A stretch of 64,000 nt of DNA from Catajapyx aquilonaris (Eukaryota), in the NCBI GenBank assembly GCA_000934665.2, contig KZ538153.1, positions 1 to 64,000 on the forward strand, given 5' to 3'. Under the pieces are notes generated by a model. That model made no database searches. It was not told where the DNA came from and worked only from the letters and a program-made list of their open reading frames with translations. The number at the start of each line of letters is the position of its first letter. Positions within the stretch are counted from its first letter, which is position 1. Shown here piece after piece: positions 43,335 to 60,406 of the stretch. Position numbers and translations under genes: made by a program.

Positions 43335-43943
43335 CACCCCAAGACATTTTTTGTGAACGCTTTGTTTCATTGAAAAAATTATCATGATCATGAATTTCTG
43401 ATTTGTGCATATTATTCAGAACGTACTTATCGGAGAAATATTATTACGGACTAGAGGAAATTCATATATGAAAATGTCTACAATAATATTGCTCCACTAG
43501 TACGTAATCCCTACAACTTAACCGCTTACGGTGGAAGGCAAACTGAGCAGTGAAAATTCAATATTGATCAGCCTTCGGCCGAGTAATTCCACCAATGAGG
43601 ACACTTGGTTAATGTACTCACCAACTGCTGAGTTTTCAGTCACCTTCGCTCCAATCTGCAAATAGAGAAGCTGTCATTAAAATGTGAATCGCACGAAGTA
43701 ATGTTACAAGCAAATAATTATTATAATCACAAAGTAATTGTTTAAAAAAGCTTGTAAACGTCCTTATGAAAACGGTCTTATCTGCCCTATTTTCTTGCAT
43801 GAGAAGTGTACGTACACTATCGCTTATTATAATCGCTCTGAAATTGCGGCCAGTATGTGCAGAAGATTAGGCTTATTTTTACTGTGCGGATAAAGACTAT
43901 AAAGGCGATGCCATCTCCGTAGCTGTAGAAGCAACGAGCCAAC

Positions 43944-45251
43944 ATGCGAATATTAGTCTTGGTTCTGTTTGTCGGCTTGTCTGAAGCAAAAGTAACATCG
44001 GCAAACTCCGACATTGACTGGCTCAAATACAAGGTAAATCACACTTCGAAATTTTTTTAAAACTACTGTACGTTTATTAATTGATCTGTCAGATCGAGTA
44101 TGAGAAGATGTACGAGACTCTGGCGGAAGAAAGGAAGCGTCGTTTGATCTGGGAGGACAACATGGCTTTGATCAACAAGCACAACCTGGAAGCCACCCGT
44201 GGACAGCACTCGTACACATTAGGTCAAGGGCCATTCACTGACCTGGTCAGTATTGAAACCATCTCATCTTAACATGTCTCATTACCACTCCTTATTGGCA
44301 GACCAACGAAGAATTTCAGGTCAAGATCAGTTGCGTTCATCGATTCAACCTGACTGAATCTGCAACTAGCTATAACACCGAAGCTCCATTAAGCGTATGT
44401 ATCTGTTTGCATGAATTATTATTATGCTAATTAACATGTAATTACAGATTGACTGGAGGCGGTTTGGTGTTGTGACCAGGGTTAAAAACCAAGAGTCATG
44501 CGGATCATGCTGGGCGTTTGCCACAACCGCGACCGTTGAAAGTCGCCAAGCAATACGCACTAGGCGATATCCGCAAGATCTTAGGTACTCATTAACACTT
44601 CATTATGCACAGAAAAATACATGTATGTGATTTCCAGTCCCCAGCAGATAGTCGACTGCGACGCAGGCGACTACGGATGCCACGGAGGATATCCATATAA
44701 AGCTTTGCAATATTTGGAGCGCTACGGTGCGATGAACTGGAACAGCTATCTTTACGCTAATGCGGTTTGTATTAATTGTACAGCAGCCGCTAAGTCTGTT
44801 TTAATCCTTAATTATTTACAGCAACAAGCCTGCCAGTATCGGCGGTCTAAGGTAGTGGCTCGAGTCTCTAACGTCAGATGGATCCAAGGGAATGAAGAAG
44901 AGATGCGGTTAGAGGTCGGAAACTATGGACCTGTTGCTGTCAGCATACACGCGGGAACTTCTTCATTCCAGCATTACAGGTGACTAATTAATATGCAATT
45001 AAATGAGTCATTATCATAAATGTCTGTGCCTCTGTTTTTTCAGAAGTGGCGTGTACGACAACAGGAGGTGCCCGACTGATACGAATCATGCTGTGACCAT
45101 AGTTGGTTATGGAGTCGAGGGCGGAAGGGACTTTTGGCTGATCAAGAACAGTTGGGGAACATACTGGGGCGACAGAGGCTACATGAAGATTGAACGTAAC
45201 AGAAACATTTGCGGTATAGCAACACAAGCAGCCTTCAGCAACGCTTGGTAG
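43944..45251 (+). CDS. Cathepsin L-like cysteine protease 9 (7 exons, intact triad, Arg-rich mature domain)
   Basis: [36 protein letters not shown]. Confidence 0.93.
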
Positions 45252-45587
45252 AAAACACTGCTAAAATTATACGCGGCGGAACTTGAAGTGGTTCGTATCT
45301 CAATAAATCTGGAACAAGTACTGACCTCCATTATTTATATAGTGACCCCCTTTTTTATATAATATTATCAGTATTTGTAACCACTTCACTTTACACTGAT
45401 TCGATAATGGAAGTGTCCTGAAACCACTTGACTCTTGCCCTCGCAGGTGCTGCTCTCACGAAGCTCATAAAGTCAGAAGGATGATTACATAAAGCACGAT
45501 TATCTCTAGATAACATTTAAGTACTACCCACAATAGTATATAACATGCAGAGCTAATAGGTGCAGTACCGTACTGGTTGCTAGAACG

Positions 45588-47021
45588 ATGCGTCTGCTTA
45601 TATTGTCCGCTTTGGTGGTGGCCGCAACGGCCTTAGATTTTGCTTCTCTCAACATCGGACACCGAGTGTACGATGACCAATGGGAGACATACAAGGTTTG
45701 TCTTGTTAAAAGAAGTTTTGGCCAAACATAACATTTCGAAATTCGCAGATCAAGCTGGACAAGAAGTACTCGACTGTTCCCGAGGAACTTAAGCGTCGTT
45801 TGATCTACGAGGACAACCTGGCCTACATCAACAAGCACAACTTGGAGGAAGCCCAGGGAAAACACAAGTTCGTCCTCGGAGAAGGTCCCTTCACAGACAT
45901 GGTATGATTCTGAACCAATTGAAACTTCAGAATTTACACGACACGTATTATTTACAGACTAATGAAGAGTTCCGCACAGCAACTCGGTGCTTGCTGCCAT
46001 CCAAGATGCCAAGACCATCGTCGCACACGACACCACGAAAGTCCACAAAGGCAGTCCCTGACAGCGTAAGTGCAATTTGTCCGAAGTATGAATTGTTGTA
46101 ATTGGAGCTATAAAATTGCAGATTGACTGGAGAGATTATGGTGTGGTGAACCCTCCCCAATTCCAAAAGTGCGATGACTGCTGGTCCTTCTCAAGTGTTG
46201 CAGTCACAGAGAGTCGATATGCCATCAAGAACAAGGTTCTCTACAAGCTTAGGTCAGTTCTTCCAGAATTCAAATATATTGCATCAACACGCATTTGGAA
46301 AATTTTTAATGCAAAAGGTTACATATTTTATGTGCATTTTCTTAAACTAATTATTTCAGCGAGCAGCAACTGGTTGACTGTGATGCCGACAATAACGGCT
46401 GTAATCCATCGTACATCGACAGAGCTTACAACTACATTGTGCAAACTGGACTCGAAACTGAAGATTCGTACCCATATGCACAAGGCGTTGTACGTATATT
46501 TTTATGGCGAAGCAGTTTGGAATTGTTTATTTATTTTTTTAAATCCCTTTCAACCTCCAGCAAAATACCTGCACTTTCGATGGCAGCAAAGTGGTTGCAA
46601 GGGTTTCAAGCTACAACGCTGTTGGTCCTGATGTCGAGTCCATGAGGACTGAGATTGGTACAAACGGTCCAGTCACTTTCACCATAATGTCAGCAGCCGC
46701 TGCCTTCCAGCACTACACGTAAGAACATTAATGGTGTTCAATTGAACTGTCTGCCACAATTTTTTTTTTTGCTTGTGTATGTATTTTGACATGGCTTATT
46801 GAACGCTTTGCAGGGGTGGAATTCTGGATGATAGCACTTGCGGAACAGCAACTGATCATGCCATTACTGCCATCGGCTACGGATCTGATGGCGGTGAAGA
46901 TTATTGGATCCTGAAGAACTCCTGGGGAACTGACTGGGGAGAACAGGGATTCATGAGGATCGTAAGGGGAAAGAACATGTGCGGCGTTGAACAAGTGGCC
47001 GCTTTCTTCGACATTGCCTAA
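45588..47021 (+). CDS. Cathepsin L-like 10 (divergent QKCDDCW subfamily)
   Basis: [38 protein letters not shown]; 7 open exons. Confidence 0.92.
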
Positions 47022-47751
47022 CTCATTTCCTTGCACAATAATACTGGCAATAAAATGATCTAAACCTATTCCACTGTGTATGTTTTTTTTTTTGCTTTAC
47101 CTCTGTCAGTGATTAAAATTCAAGCATTGAATGTAAATCAATTCTGCAAGTACGGTATAAAAGGCAACACCGTACTTGTCATTTTTAAAACAACTAACTC
47201 AACAGTAAATGCTGTTTTTTTTTATCCATAATAATCGTTTCAATTACAAAGCATACGATTTCACGAGTGTCAGAAATAGTACTTTCTTATGCACAGTCTT
47301 ATTCCTACCATTTGTCAATTTTGGCAGAAAATTAGAAAGTACGTTGATGTATTTTTTTATTTGCAATTTGGCAGAAATTTTTACTGTGGGTCTTAGTTAA
47401 GGTCATTTGTGAATTAAAGCGACTTTTCAATAAAAATAATTAAGCCCATATTTTCAGGTGTTACAATGTTGATTGTATTTTGTACAAACACATCTTAAGT
47501 ATTTGAGAACCTCTGTCACATTTTTAAAAAAAAGCCACAATCATTTCGTACTTATGATAAAAGGAAGTCTCCTTACACCGCACTTGACTCTTGCACTGTA
47601 AGGTGGTGTTGTGAAGGATCTTCTAGGTTACAAAGATAATTACATAAAGGGTGATTATCTGCAGATAATATTCAAGGGCACTATCACAGTATATATATAA
47701 TTATATAGAGAAAATAAGTGCAGTACAGTGATAGTACCTGTTGCTATAAAG

Positions 47752-49164
47752 ATGCGTCTGCTTATATTGTCCGCTTTGGTGGTGGCCGCAACGGCCTTAG
47801 ATTTTGCTTCTCTCAACATCGGACACCGCGTGTACGATGACAAATGGGAGACATACAAGGTTTGTCTTGTTAAAAGGAGTTTTGGCCGAACTTAACTTTT
47901 CAATGTTCGCAGACCAAGCTGGACAAGAAGTACTCGACTGTTGCTGAGGAACTTAAGCGTCGTTTGATCTACGAGGACAACATGGCCTACATCAACAAGC
48001 ACAACTTGGAAGCAGCCCAGGGGAAACACTCCTTCACTCTCGGAGAAGGCCCCTTCACAGACATGGTACGATTCTGATTTCTGAACCATACATAAATTCA
48101 GAAAATTCATGACATTATTATTTTACAGACTAATGAAGAGTATCGCAAAGCAACTCGGTGCTTGTTGCCATCTGAGATTCCAAAACCATCGCACACGACA
48201 CCACGAAAGTCCACAAAGGCAGTCCCTGACAGCGTAGGTGCACTCCAATTGATGAAACGTTTTATTTAAAGAATTGTGTAATTGTAAGATATACACATAA
48301 TTATTTCAGATTGACTGGAGAGATCATGGTGTGGTTAACCCTCCTCAATTACAAAAGTGCAATGACTGCTGGGCCTTCTCAAGTGTTGCAGTCACCGAGA
48401 GTCGATATGCCATTAAATCTCAGTACCTCTACAAACTTAGGTAAGAGTCGGTCTGAATTCATTCGAAAAGAAATCTCTAATCAATATTGCAATTATGTTG
48501 TCGTGCAATTTGGCCTAAGTAATTACTAATTATTTCAGCGAGCAGCAACTAGTTGACTGTGATGCTGACAATAATGGCTGTGATCCATCGTACATCAACC
48601 GAGCTTACAACTATATTGTGCAAAGCGGACTCGAATCCGAAGATTCATACCCATATGGACAAGGAGTTGTAAGTACATTTTTTTAGCAGTCATACCGCAA
48701 TTACATAATATATTTTAAAAATTTTCTGTATCCACCTTCAGCAAAATACTTGCACATTTGACAGCAGCAAAGTTATTGCCAACGTAGGAGACTACAATTA
48801 TGTTGGTCCTGACCCAGAGGCCATGAGGGTCGAGATTGGTACAAACGGCCCAGTCACTTTTGGCATAATGTCTGCAGCAGCAGCCTTCCAGCACTACGAG
48901 TAAGTCCCATTCAATTGTCGCAAATTAAAAAGCAATTACTGAGACCTTACTTTCAGTGGCGGAATTTTGGATGACAGCACTTGCGGAACAGCAACTGATC
49001 ATGCCATCACTGCCATTGGCTATGGAAGTGATAATGGTGAAGATTATTGGATTCTGAAGAACTCCTGGGGAACTGACTGGGGAGAACAAGGATTCATGAG
49101 GATCGCAAGAGGAAAGAACATGTGCGGTGTTGAGCAAGGAGCCGCTTTTTACGACATTGCTTAA
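47752..49164 (+). CDS. Cathepsin L-like 11 (divergent QKCNDCW subfamily)
   Basis: [38 protein letters not shown]; close paralog of gene 10. Confidence 0.92.
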
Positions 49165-49787
49165 CTCATTTTTGTAACTTTACAATAAAAAAATGATACG
49201 TTTGTTACTGTACCTCCAAAAATGCTTTCATTTTTCGTACTACTTATACAATAAGCATACCGTACTTCAAATGCATGCCCATCATTGATTTATACACCTG
49301 GCAATGAGAGCTTGACACGACCCTGATCTTTCTCTATTGACTCCAAACGGTGCATGACAAACAGAAAAATGGACAAGGCTGCTATGCAACAAAAAAAATT
49401 GATCGTGAAGCCTATCGTCCCTTATAGTCTCTCATTCGAAGACTCATCGAAAGGGTGAGCACAAGCCAAGTAAGTAATATTCCGATTGTGTAAAAATATT
49501 AGAAAAAATATTTGCACATTTCAAATCCGACCAAAGTTTGTCAACATGTAATTTCATAATTGACCGTAACATAGCAAATTGTTTCCTAAGATAAAATCAA
49601 TGATAAAATTGCATTAGTATAATTATTGTACATTATTATATCCGTGAGTATGAGACATAAACAGTTGTCACCATGAGTAGCTTAATAGAATTGATTAAAA
49701 TCTTTTTTATGATAAGCACGCACACACTTTGCCTAATTTATGTCAATTTCGCGTGCAGATTTTTTTTTCTTCAGCAAGAGACAAACC

Positions 49788-51172
49788 ATGACCTGCTCAA
49801 CACTGCCGTTCATACTGGCCATTTTTGGAGAGTTATCCACTGCCATACACGTGCTAACAGATCAAGATTGGGAAAATTACAAGGTAATCATATAGTGCCA
49901 ACATTATTGTTACATTTACTAAATTTGGTCTCCATCATATTACTGAAGATGAAATACGAGAAGTTTTACGAGAGTTTGAGCGAAGAAATGAAGCGACGTA
50001 AGATATGGGAAGACAACATGCATCTCATTGAGGAATACAACGATGAAGCTTCCAAAGGAGAATATTCGTCAACACAAGGAGACGGTCCATTTACAGACAT
50101 GGTAAGACTAGTATGAACACAACAGGTACAGTATGTAATATTACACAATATACAGACAGACGAAGAGTTTGAGTCTCAAGGATGCTGCGTCGAACCTGAA
50201 GACCATATTGACATACCTGTACACGACAACTATCGAATCCCTAGGTCTGGAAAATCAAAAAAGAATCTGCCTGATAGGGTGAGTTTACGATAATGTATTG
50301 TTCATCGCACATGCGACTAAATGTTCATTTTTTCAGGTTGATTGGAGAGATCAAGGTGTTTTGACCCCTGCCAAATATCAAGGTCCTTGTGGTTGTTGCT
50401 GGTCTTTTGCAACGGTCGGAGCAGTTGAGAGTCGCCATGCAATTAAGACAGGAATTCTCTATGAGTTGAGGTAAACAAATCAGAAGAAATTATTGTTCTG
50501 TTAGTGTGCAAATAAATTATTGCAGATTTCGTTGAATAAATGAATACATATTTTACAGTGAACAGCAGATTTTGGATTGCGACAGTAAAAATAACGGATG
50601 TGGACCTGGCAACATCAAATATGCATACCAGTATATCTTTAGAAACGGACTTCAGCCGAACGAAACATATCCGTACATAGCTGAAGTAAGTCATCTCATG
50701 ATTTTTTTTTTAAACAATATACTGATTGTGCAATTATTATTCAGCAAGAAGCATGCCAATACGACAGAGAACAAGTGGTGGTTCAAATCACAGGGTTCAA
50801 ACTAATTCCACCCAAAAAACCACTGGCAATGATGAAAGAAATTGCATTGAACGGACCAGTTTCAGCAGCCATCAATTCTCGATCACGACACATCAAAAAT
50901 TACAGGTACACTTTTTTTTGGATAACTTTTATGGCTAACAACCTTGAGGACAAAATTGCAGATCAGGTGTCGTGGATGACCCCAAATGCAAGCCGAAGGT
51001 GAACCATTTCGTGCTGATTGTTGGTTACGGAAGCACGAGGAAAGGAAAGGAATATTGGATTGTGAAGAACTCTTGGGGAGAAGGACATGGAGAGCAAGGC
51101 TACATGAAGATTGTCAGGAAGAAGAACATGTGTGGGATTGAACGTCATATCGCATTTCCTCGCCTTCCGTAG
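49788..51172 (+). CDS. Cathepsin L-like 12 (divergent; basic mature domain, acidic prodomain)
   Basis: AKYQGPCGCCWSFA, GCGPGN, VNHFVLIVGYG, KNSWGEGHGEQGY; 7 exons. Confidence 0.9.
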
Positions 51173-52357
51173 AAAATGTTTAAAAAATTTTTGGTGGAAT
51201 TTCTTGCATTTAATAATTGGCCATGAAAACACAGCATTTAAACTGCACGATACAAATCAAGAAGTCAAAATAAATTAAGACAAAATTTTAGAATTATTAA
51301 AGATGTTAGTAAGTGTAGCCCTAAGCGTAGTAATTATTCGTGAAAATATTCACCAATATATTGCACGGTTGAATTAATTTAATAAGGAATAAATTAATGA
51401 TGATATTAATCTATGCAATACGATATCGCAAATATCGCAGTCTGAATGGACAGGGTATTGGACATTACAGGGTATGTCAATTTTACACTATTTTCTATTG
51501 CTATATTTTTCATCACTACTGATTCATGATTGCTGTGTGACACGTTATCAGGACTCTTGGACAGCATATAGTCATCTTTAGTAGAGCTTACATGACTTAA
51601 ATGTTAATCAACATGTCGCCGCACTTTTGCGAATATTGTATTGCACTTTAGTAGACCGCTGAATTCTGTACAATACTTGTGAATAAAATATACAAAATAT
51701 TTAATATCGTGATAGTATTTTAAAAACTGGCATTTGCCCCATTTTGATCAGGTGGTGCTCTACAATTCATTATTGTAGTTATCATCGTTTGGCCTCCAGC
51801 AAACCGTGACGACAACTTGCAGAAAACAATATTTGGGCATAGTCCACCTTTCATTTCAGTAAACACTCATCATTGAGAGTTGATGTAACCCCGAAAGTTA
51901 TCAGAAGGAGAAAAAAGTCAAGTAGGACATTTCTATATCAGTGTCCATGAGTGAAATTTATGATAGTCATGACATATCAATTTTTAAACTATTAGGCACT
52001 AAATAAGGACAATATCAAATCATGTGATTTCCGATAGTAAATGAGCAAGGAATCGACTAAAATCAGTGGCGTTTAAATGACTTCTCGCCATATTTTTTTC
52101 GCATATTTTTCCTGCCCAATATATAATCATCCACTCAAAACCAGCAGATATAAAACGACCTTCACCTGGACGATATGTCCTCCCCAATTTGGCAGGTGTG
52201 TATCGCGTTATATAAACAAAAAGGTTGAGCTTTTACCCTCAACCCAAATCTGTTTTCCAAAAAAAGATAAGAGGATCCATCAGTATAAAAAAGAAATCAA
52301 TCGCGCTATTCACGCATCAGAAGAGTCCCGAAGGTAACGCAAAACAAAAGGTGAAAC

Positions 52358-55077
52358 ATGCGACTGCTCCTTCTGTCACTTTTGGTGGCCACTGTCACAT
52401 CCGTGGCCTTCGCCAACGTCAACGTCGGACACCGTGTCCTGGACGACTCATGGGAGTTGTATAAGGTAGGTTCAAACACTCTTCATAAATTAATTCAAAA
52501 TTTTCTAACCATTTGCATCGTATATACGCCAGAAAGTTTATGCGATTATCAGGAAAGTTAACGCCATTATCCGGAAATTTTACTATTATCCGAAAAATTT
52601 ATGCGATTATCCGAAGCGTTTATGCAACTATCCGAAAATTTCATGCGCTTATCCGAAAATCCAAAGTAGGCCTAATTATTCGAAATGTTATGCAATTATC
52701 CGGAGATTTTTATGCGATTATCCGAAAAGTTTATGCAAATATCTGCAAAGTTTATCCGATTATCCGAAACGTTTATTCAACTATCCGAAAACTTGATGTA
52801 ATTATTCGAAAATTTCATGCATTTATCCGAAAATTCAAAGTAGGCCTAATTATCCAATATACAACAACAACAACAACAACAACAACATCACGACATTTCC
52901 CTATGAGGGGTAGTCAGCGATGAAGGGAGATGCAAGCTAACCCAACATATGAACTAATAAAACACATGAGAAAGAACCAATTATCCAATATGTTATGCAA
53001 TTATCCGGAGATTTTTCTGCGATTATCCGAAAAGTTTATGCAATATCTGAAAAGTTTATCCGATTATCCGAAACGTTTATTCAACTATCCGAAAACTTTT
53101 TGTAATTATCCGAAAATTTCATGCATTTATCCGAAAATTCAAAGTAGGCCTAATTATCCAAATTGTTATGCAATTATCCGGATATTTTATGCGATTATCC
53201 GGAATGTTTATGCGATTATTACTGATAATTGTACACATTTTCGTATACGAAAATGTGTACAATTATCAGTAAATTTTATGCAGCTATTCGAATGAGTCGG
53301 GAGTAATCCCCATGATCGGAATTAATATTCTACTGTGTTATTGTTTCAGATCAAGTACAACAAGAAGTATGGAAGTCTGGGAGAGGAAATGAAGCGAAGG
53401 ATGATCTGGGAGGAAAACCTTCATTTCATCTCAAAGCACAACCTGAAGGAAGCCAGAGGAGAATCAACATTTACTCTGGGACAAGGCCCGTTCACTGACC
53501 TGGTCAGCAATCGATTTGAACTTTGAACCGTGTACATTATTTTCTTCTTCTGACCTCTATTGTCGATTTCAGACCTTAGAAGAATACAAGGCTCGAGTGC
53601 AGTGCCTCCGATTGCCTTCAAAGCCTAGTAACACTACTCCAAAGAAACAGGTCAACGTCAAGGATCTTCCAGGACAGGTAAGGTTCACACGAGCGTCGTT
53701 GTCGTTGTGACCTCACAATATTTTATTTTTATTCTAATAAGGTCGACTGGAGGCAGCAGGGTGTGGTGACCGGTGTTAAGAACCAAGGACAGTGCAACGA
53801 CTGCTGGGCTTTCGGTTCTGTCGGAACCACAGAGAGTCGCACTGCAATGGCTACTGGAAATCTTTATTCACTAAGGTTAGCCTCTTCTTAATTTACTACG
53901 CAAATTTTAATCTAAAAAAAATTAATAAATTCTTTAATATATGCATGCACTAGCACGGCCTGTTTCCATGGTATAATCAACAACAAATAAAACCACTGCT
54001 GGCTTCATGGCACTGCAGTGTTGAAAGCAATTATTGTTGCCATGGACAAACAAACAACCAAACTATCCCTTTTATATGTGTAAGAAGATAATCATTGTCG
54101 CCATGGATATATTGAGTGGATGTTACCATGAACACCCGTTGCCATGGTACATGTTCCATATCCGTTCCATATGAAATGGGACATACCGACAAAACTTTGC
54201 CTTTGATATATAAAAAGATTAAACTGAGCAATGAGCAATTGCACGGCATCTATATATAGGAGTACCAATGTGGTTTTCTAAAATTAAAAAATAATTCATA
54301 AAAACTGTGGTGGGGGGCCTGGTTATTTACTAATTAGCATTATCTTAATAATTACAGCGAGCAACAGATAATTGATTGCGACACCAACAACCACGGTTGT
54401 GATCCAGGATATCCGGATTATGCTGTGGATTACATCGCTTCTAATGGACTGGAATCTGACTCAACCTATCCATATCAAGCAGTTGTAAGTTGACATAATT
54501 ATGATTTTCTTCATATTTAAGATGTAATTGTAATTTAATCTTGGATGGCAGGCTGGCAATTGCAACTATGATGCAGGCCAGGTTGTGGCCAGAATAAGCA
54601 ACCGTGGTGATGTGCAAGGATTGGACGGTATGATGGACGAGCTGGCCAACAGAGGACCAGTCGCAGTTTTTGTAGACAGCGAGTCGCCATACTGGAGAGA
54701 TTACAAGTTAGTCCACAAAATTTTAACATAACTTCAACAAAAATTTAAATCCAGAAGAAACTTTCCTCTCTCATACATTACACATAGGCAATGTGAAATT
54801 CTGAAAATATGACAAAGTTGCTCAATTACTTTGCGCAATTTTTGCAAAATAATTGTTTTTCTCGTGCAGTGGAGGAATTATGGACAACACGGCCTGCTCT
54901 CCAGACACTGACCATGTGGTGACGGCTGTTGGTTATGTCAACCAAGGAGGCGAGTCCTATTGGATTCTGAAGAACTCCTGGGGAGAAGGCTGGGGAGAGT
55001 CTGGATACATCAGGTTGGGATTGGGACAAAATGTGTGCGGAGTCGAGTCGCATGGAGCAGTCTTCGCAAATGTTTGA
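52358..55077 (+). CDS. Cathepsin L-like 13 (7 exons, introns 1 and 4 expanded)
   Basis: [36 protein letters not shown]. Confidence 0.92.
52535..53290. repeat. Intronic minisatellite (about 21-bp TTATGCGATTATCCGAAAA units) with an about 173-bp higher-order period
   Basis: TTATCCG recurs throughout. The landmark AAAGTAGGCCTAATTAT occurs near 52663, 52838 and 53141. Confidence 0.9.
52861..52978 (-). mobile_element. 118-bp 5'-truncated non-LTR retroelement (LINE/SINE) fragment with a (TTG)n tail and 13-bp target-site duplication
   Basis: AATTATCCAATAT flanks the insert at 52848-52860 and 52979-52991. An (ACA)n run abuts the left TSD. Confidence 0.75.
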
Positions 55078-55661
55078 GGAGTTGGAAACAGCAACAGAGA
55101 TTGTTCATTGAAAAATGTGTTGATTCAAACTTTGTCAAATAAAAATACATGTTATGCACTACAAATTTTTCCTGTTTGTATTCCATATCCCTGGATCGCC
55201 TCAAAAGAATGCATAGCCTGTATTAAATTAAAATAAACGAAAATGACAATGTGACGCCTTTAACATTTTTTTTTTCTAACCAGAGCACACGGGATGGACG
55301 TTCTGCTTCAGGTGACTTCAGGGAAGAAATGCCCGTCTTTTGTCCTTCCGCACACTGCCCATAGAGAGTCAGGACATGAATGTTGCACCATCAGGAAATC
55401 ATTCTATGGTGACATGGAGTTATAACTGGAATTTCCAACTTTATATCTCTTCCTTATTCCTTGAAATATTCCGATGAAATTTGTGGGAAGGGATCAAGCC
55501 ACGAACATCTCTCCTGATACGTAAGTCTCGCCCTTTGCCCACAAACGTTTTATCGGTGGTCACCATCAATGTCACCACTATTTATGCAGTACTGTACGCC
55601 CTATAGATGGTATTGAGGAGAAAGGAGTCGTCTGATTGAGTCAAGTGCAGCATCCTCCGAG

Positions 55662-56355
55662 ATGATGGCCCACATCAGCAGTTTTGGTTTCTATTTGTTG
55701 GCCACCCTTCTGTTCATGTCAGGGGTCAATCATTCCCTGGCCCTGAAAGATATTGCAGTCGAAAATATTCCCAGTGCTGTTGACACAAAGGAACCCAGTG
55801 AGGAAGACAGACTGGAACTGGCCATACAATATTTGATGAGAGCTGTGGTGGATGGATTTGCTCGAACAGGTAATAATAATTGTCAAGTCTTGTTTTCAAG
55901 TCCTTTGAATATGTTCTTCCTTTTTTTCATCATGCAGCACGAGAAGTGAGAGAAATCAAGGATGAAGTGAAATTATTAGATGAGGAAATCACTTCATTAC
56001 GAGAGGGAAAGGTATCATTAAGAGAGGATACGACATCCTTAAAAGAGGATATGACATCCTTAAATGGAGGAATGAAATCATTAGAAGACGAAATGAGGTA
56101 AGTGAGCAACCCCGTGTCAACCCAACTGCTTTTATTGCGACCAATAGTCAAGGGTAAAATAATCGTGATGACATCATACTCATCCTTTCCAGACATGTCC
56201 GATTATGAAGCGATGTGTGTTCGGGCAATTCGAAATTATTAAGAAGGTGGTTTAATTGAACATGTGCAATATTCATTCTAGCCATGAAGTGGACAGAATC
56301 ACCACATCGTTGACGGATATTATGACCAAAGCAAATGTCTGCTGGACACATTCTG
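55662..56355 (+). CDS. Signal peptide plus coiled-coil exons of unknown family (55662-55869, 55938-56097, 56193-56246 with an internal TGA, 56282-56355); probable 5' partner of cathepsin 14
   Basis: Hydrophobic N-terminus (FYLLATLLFMSGVNHSLA) and heptads (VREIKDEVKLLDEEITSLRE..TSLKEDMTSL). Splice phases 1-2-2-1 are mutually consistent. Confidence 0.65.
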
Positions 56356-56477
56356 GTAAGAAAACATGTCATTGCTTACTGTGGTAACTGACATGACTGA
56401 TATTTAAATCGAAGATATCTTAAATTATTACCTTGGAAAGAGTGTCCGATGTGATTTTTTTTCTCTCCTTGCCTTAG

Positions 56478-57861
<1,384 letters not shown>

Positions 57862-59052
57862 CTCATTTGTAACTTAATAACGACAATAAAATTATACGTT
57901 TGTTGCTGTACCTCCAAAAATGCTTTCATTTTTCGTATACTATACTCAATAAGCCTTGTTTCAAAAATGGATGCCCATCGCATTGATTTATACACCTGAC
58001 AATGAGAGCTTGACACGAACCTGATCTTCTCTATCGACTCCAAACGGTGCATGACACACAGAAAAATGGATAGGGCTGCTATGAAACAAAAATTGATCGC
58101 TGTTTAAGTATTCACAGATGATTTATTGTTCTATTTAAAGTAATGTCAAAAAAGCAGGTCACATATTTATTGGTGACTACAGTATTAATTATTCAGATTT
58201 TACATTTCAAACTTCCAGAGTTCATAAACACATCTTTCAATGTCTGTAATAATGTGAATTTTTCTGATATTCTCCACAAACATAAATTGTTGGAATTACA
58301 TTATAGCATAATATCATAATTATGCAAACTGTGGGAGGCATCGTCAGCTGTCGTAGCATGACAACTAATTTTTTAGTTAGTGCACAGCGCCATGAACAGA
58401 TTTCTAAATCACAGGACAATTTTTCCTCATGAAAGTCACAGTTGATAATTTTTTTTTGCCTACTCAGCTTTTCTTAGTAAATACTATATTTTTAAGATTG
58501 AAGTTACGCAATCTTTTAGTAGTTCTCATCAAGGTTTCAAGACTTGATAGTTGATATCAATTTGAGTGCATCTGATCTACATTATGAAGTACCTGGCTCG
58601 TAATATGTTTTTTTTTTTAAAGAGGAACTGTCCTTGATTTCTTTAAAAAATTAACATGCATTCTTGATTGAACTGAAAATAATAAACTATGCAACAGCGT
58701 CTTGAACAAATAAAGGCATGACTTGATTATTTTAGCAAAGTCCACAATATTCTTTGCAATGTAATCTGATATATTATGTCAATAGAACTGACCTACCCCA
58801 TTATGAAATCTGTAAGCAAATAAAATGTCTTATTGTTTTTCCTTACATAAGATATTGTGTCACCTTAATGTCAAACGGTCACACGGATAAGACAAGGTAT
58901 GTCCCATATTTAGACAATATTTTCCAAGATAATATTACACTTGAAGATTGTCGATACCGCAAAACAACTTGAAGCTCCAACATGATAACAATGGTATATA
59001 AAGCCCCGAACCACTCTATAGTGTTACAGCAGAAGTTGCTGCTAATCAAAAG

Positions 59053-60406
<1,354 letters not shown>

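Noticed and set aside
43430..43660. Possible minus-strand mini-exons between RRP1 and cathepsin 9
   Set aside because: Splice-like signals only; no coherent ORF or homology.
52513..53295. ORFs 52513-52923 and 52930-53295, and possible CRISPR-like periodicity
   Set aside because: Translations of an intronic minisatellite; no unique spacers, no cas genes, eukaryotic context.
56193..56355. C-type-lectin-like reading (TCP..KRCV..MKWTES..GHIL)
   Set aside because: That frame is inconsistent with the splice phases and contains stops; the phase-consistent frame continues the coiled coil.
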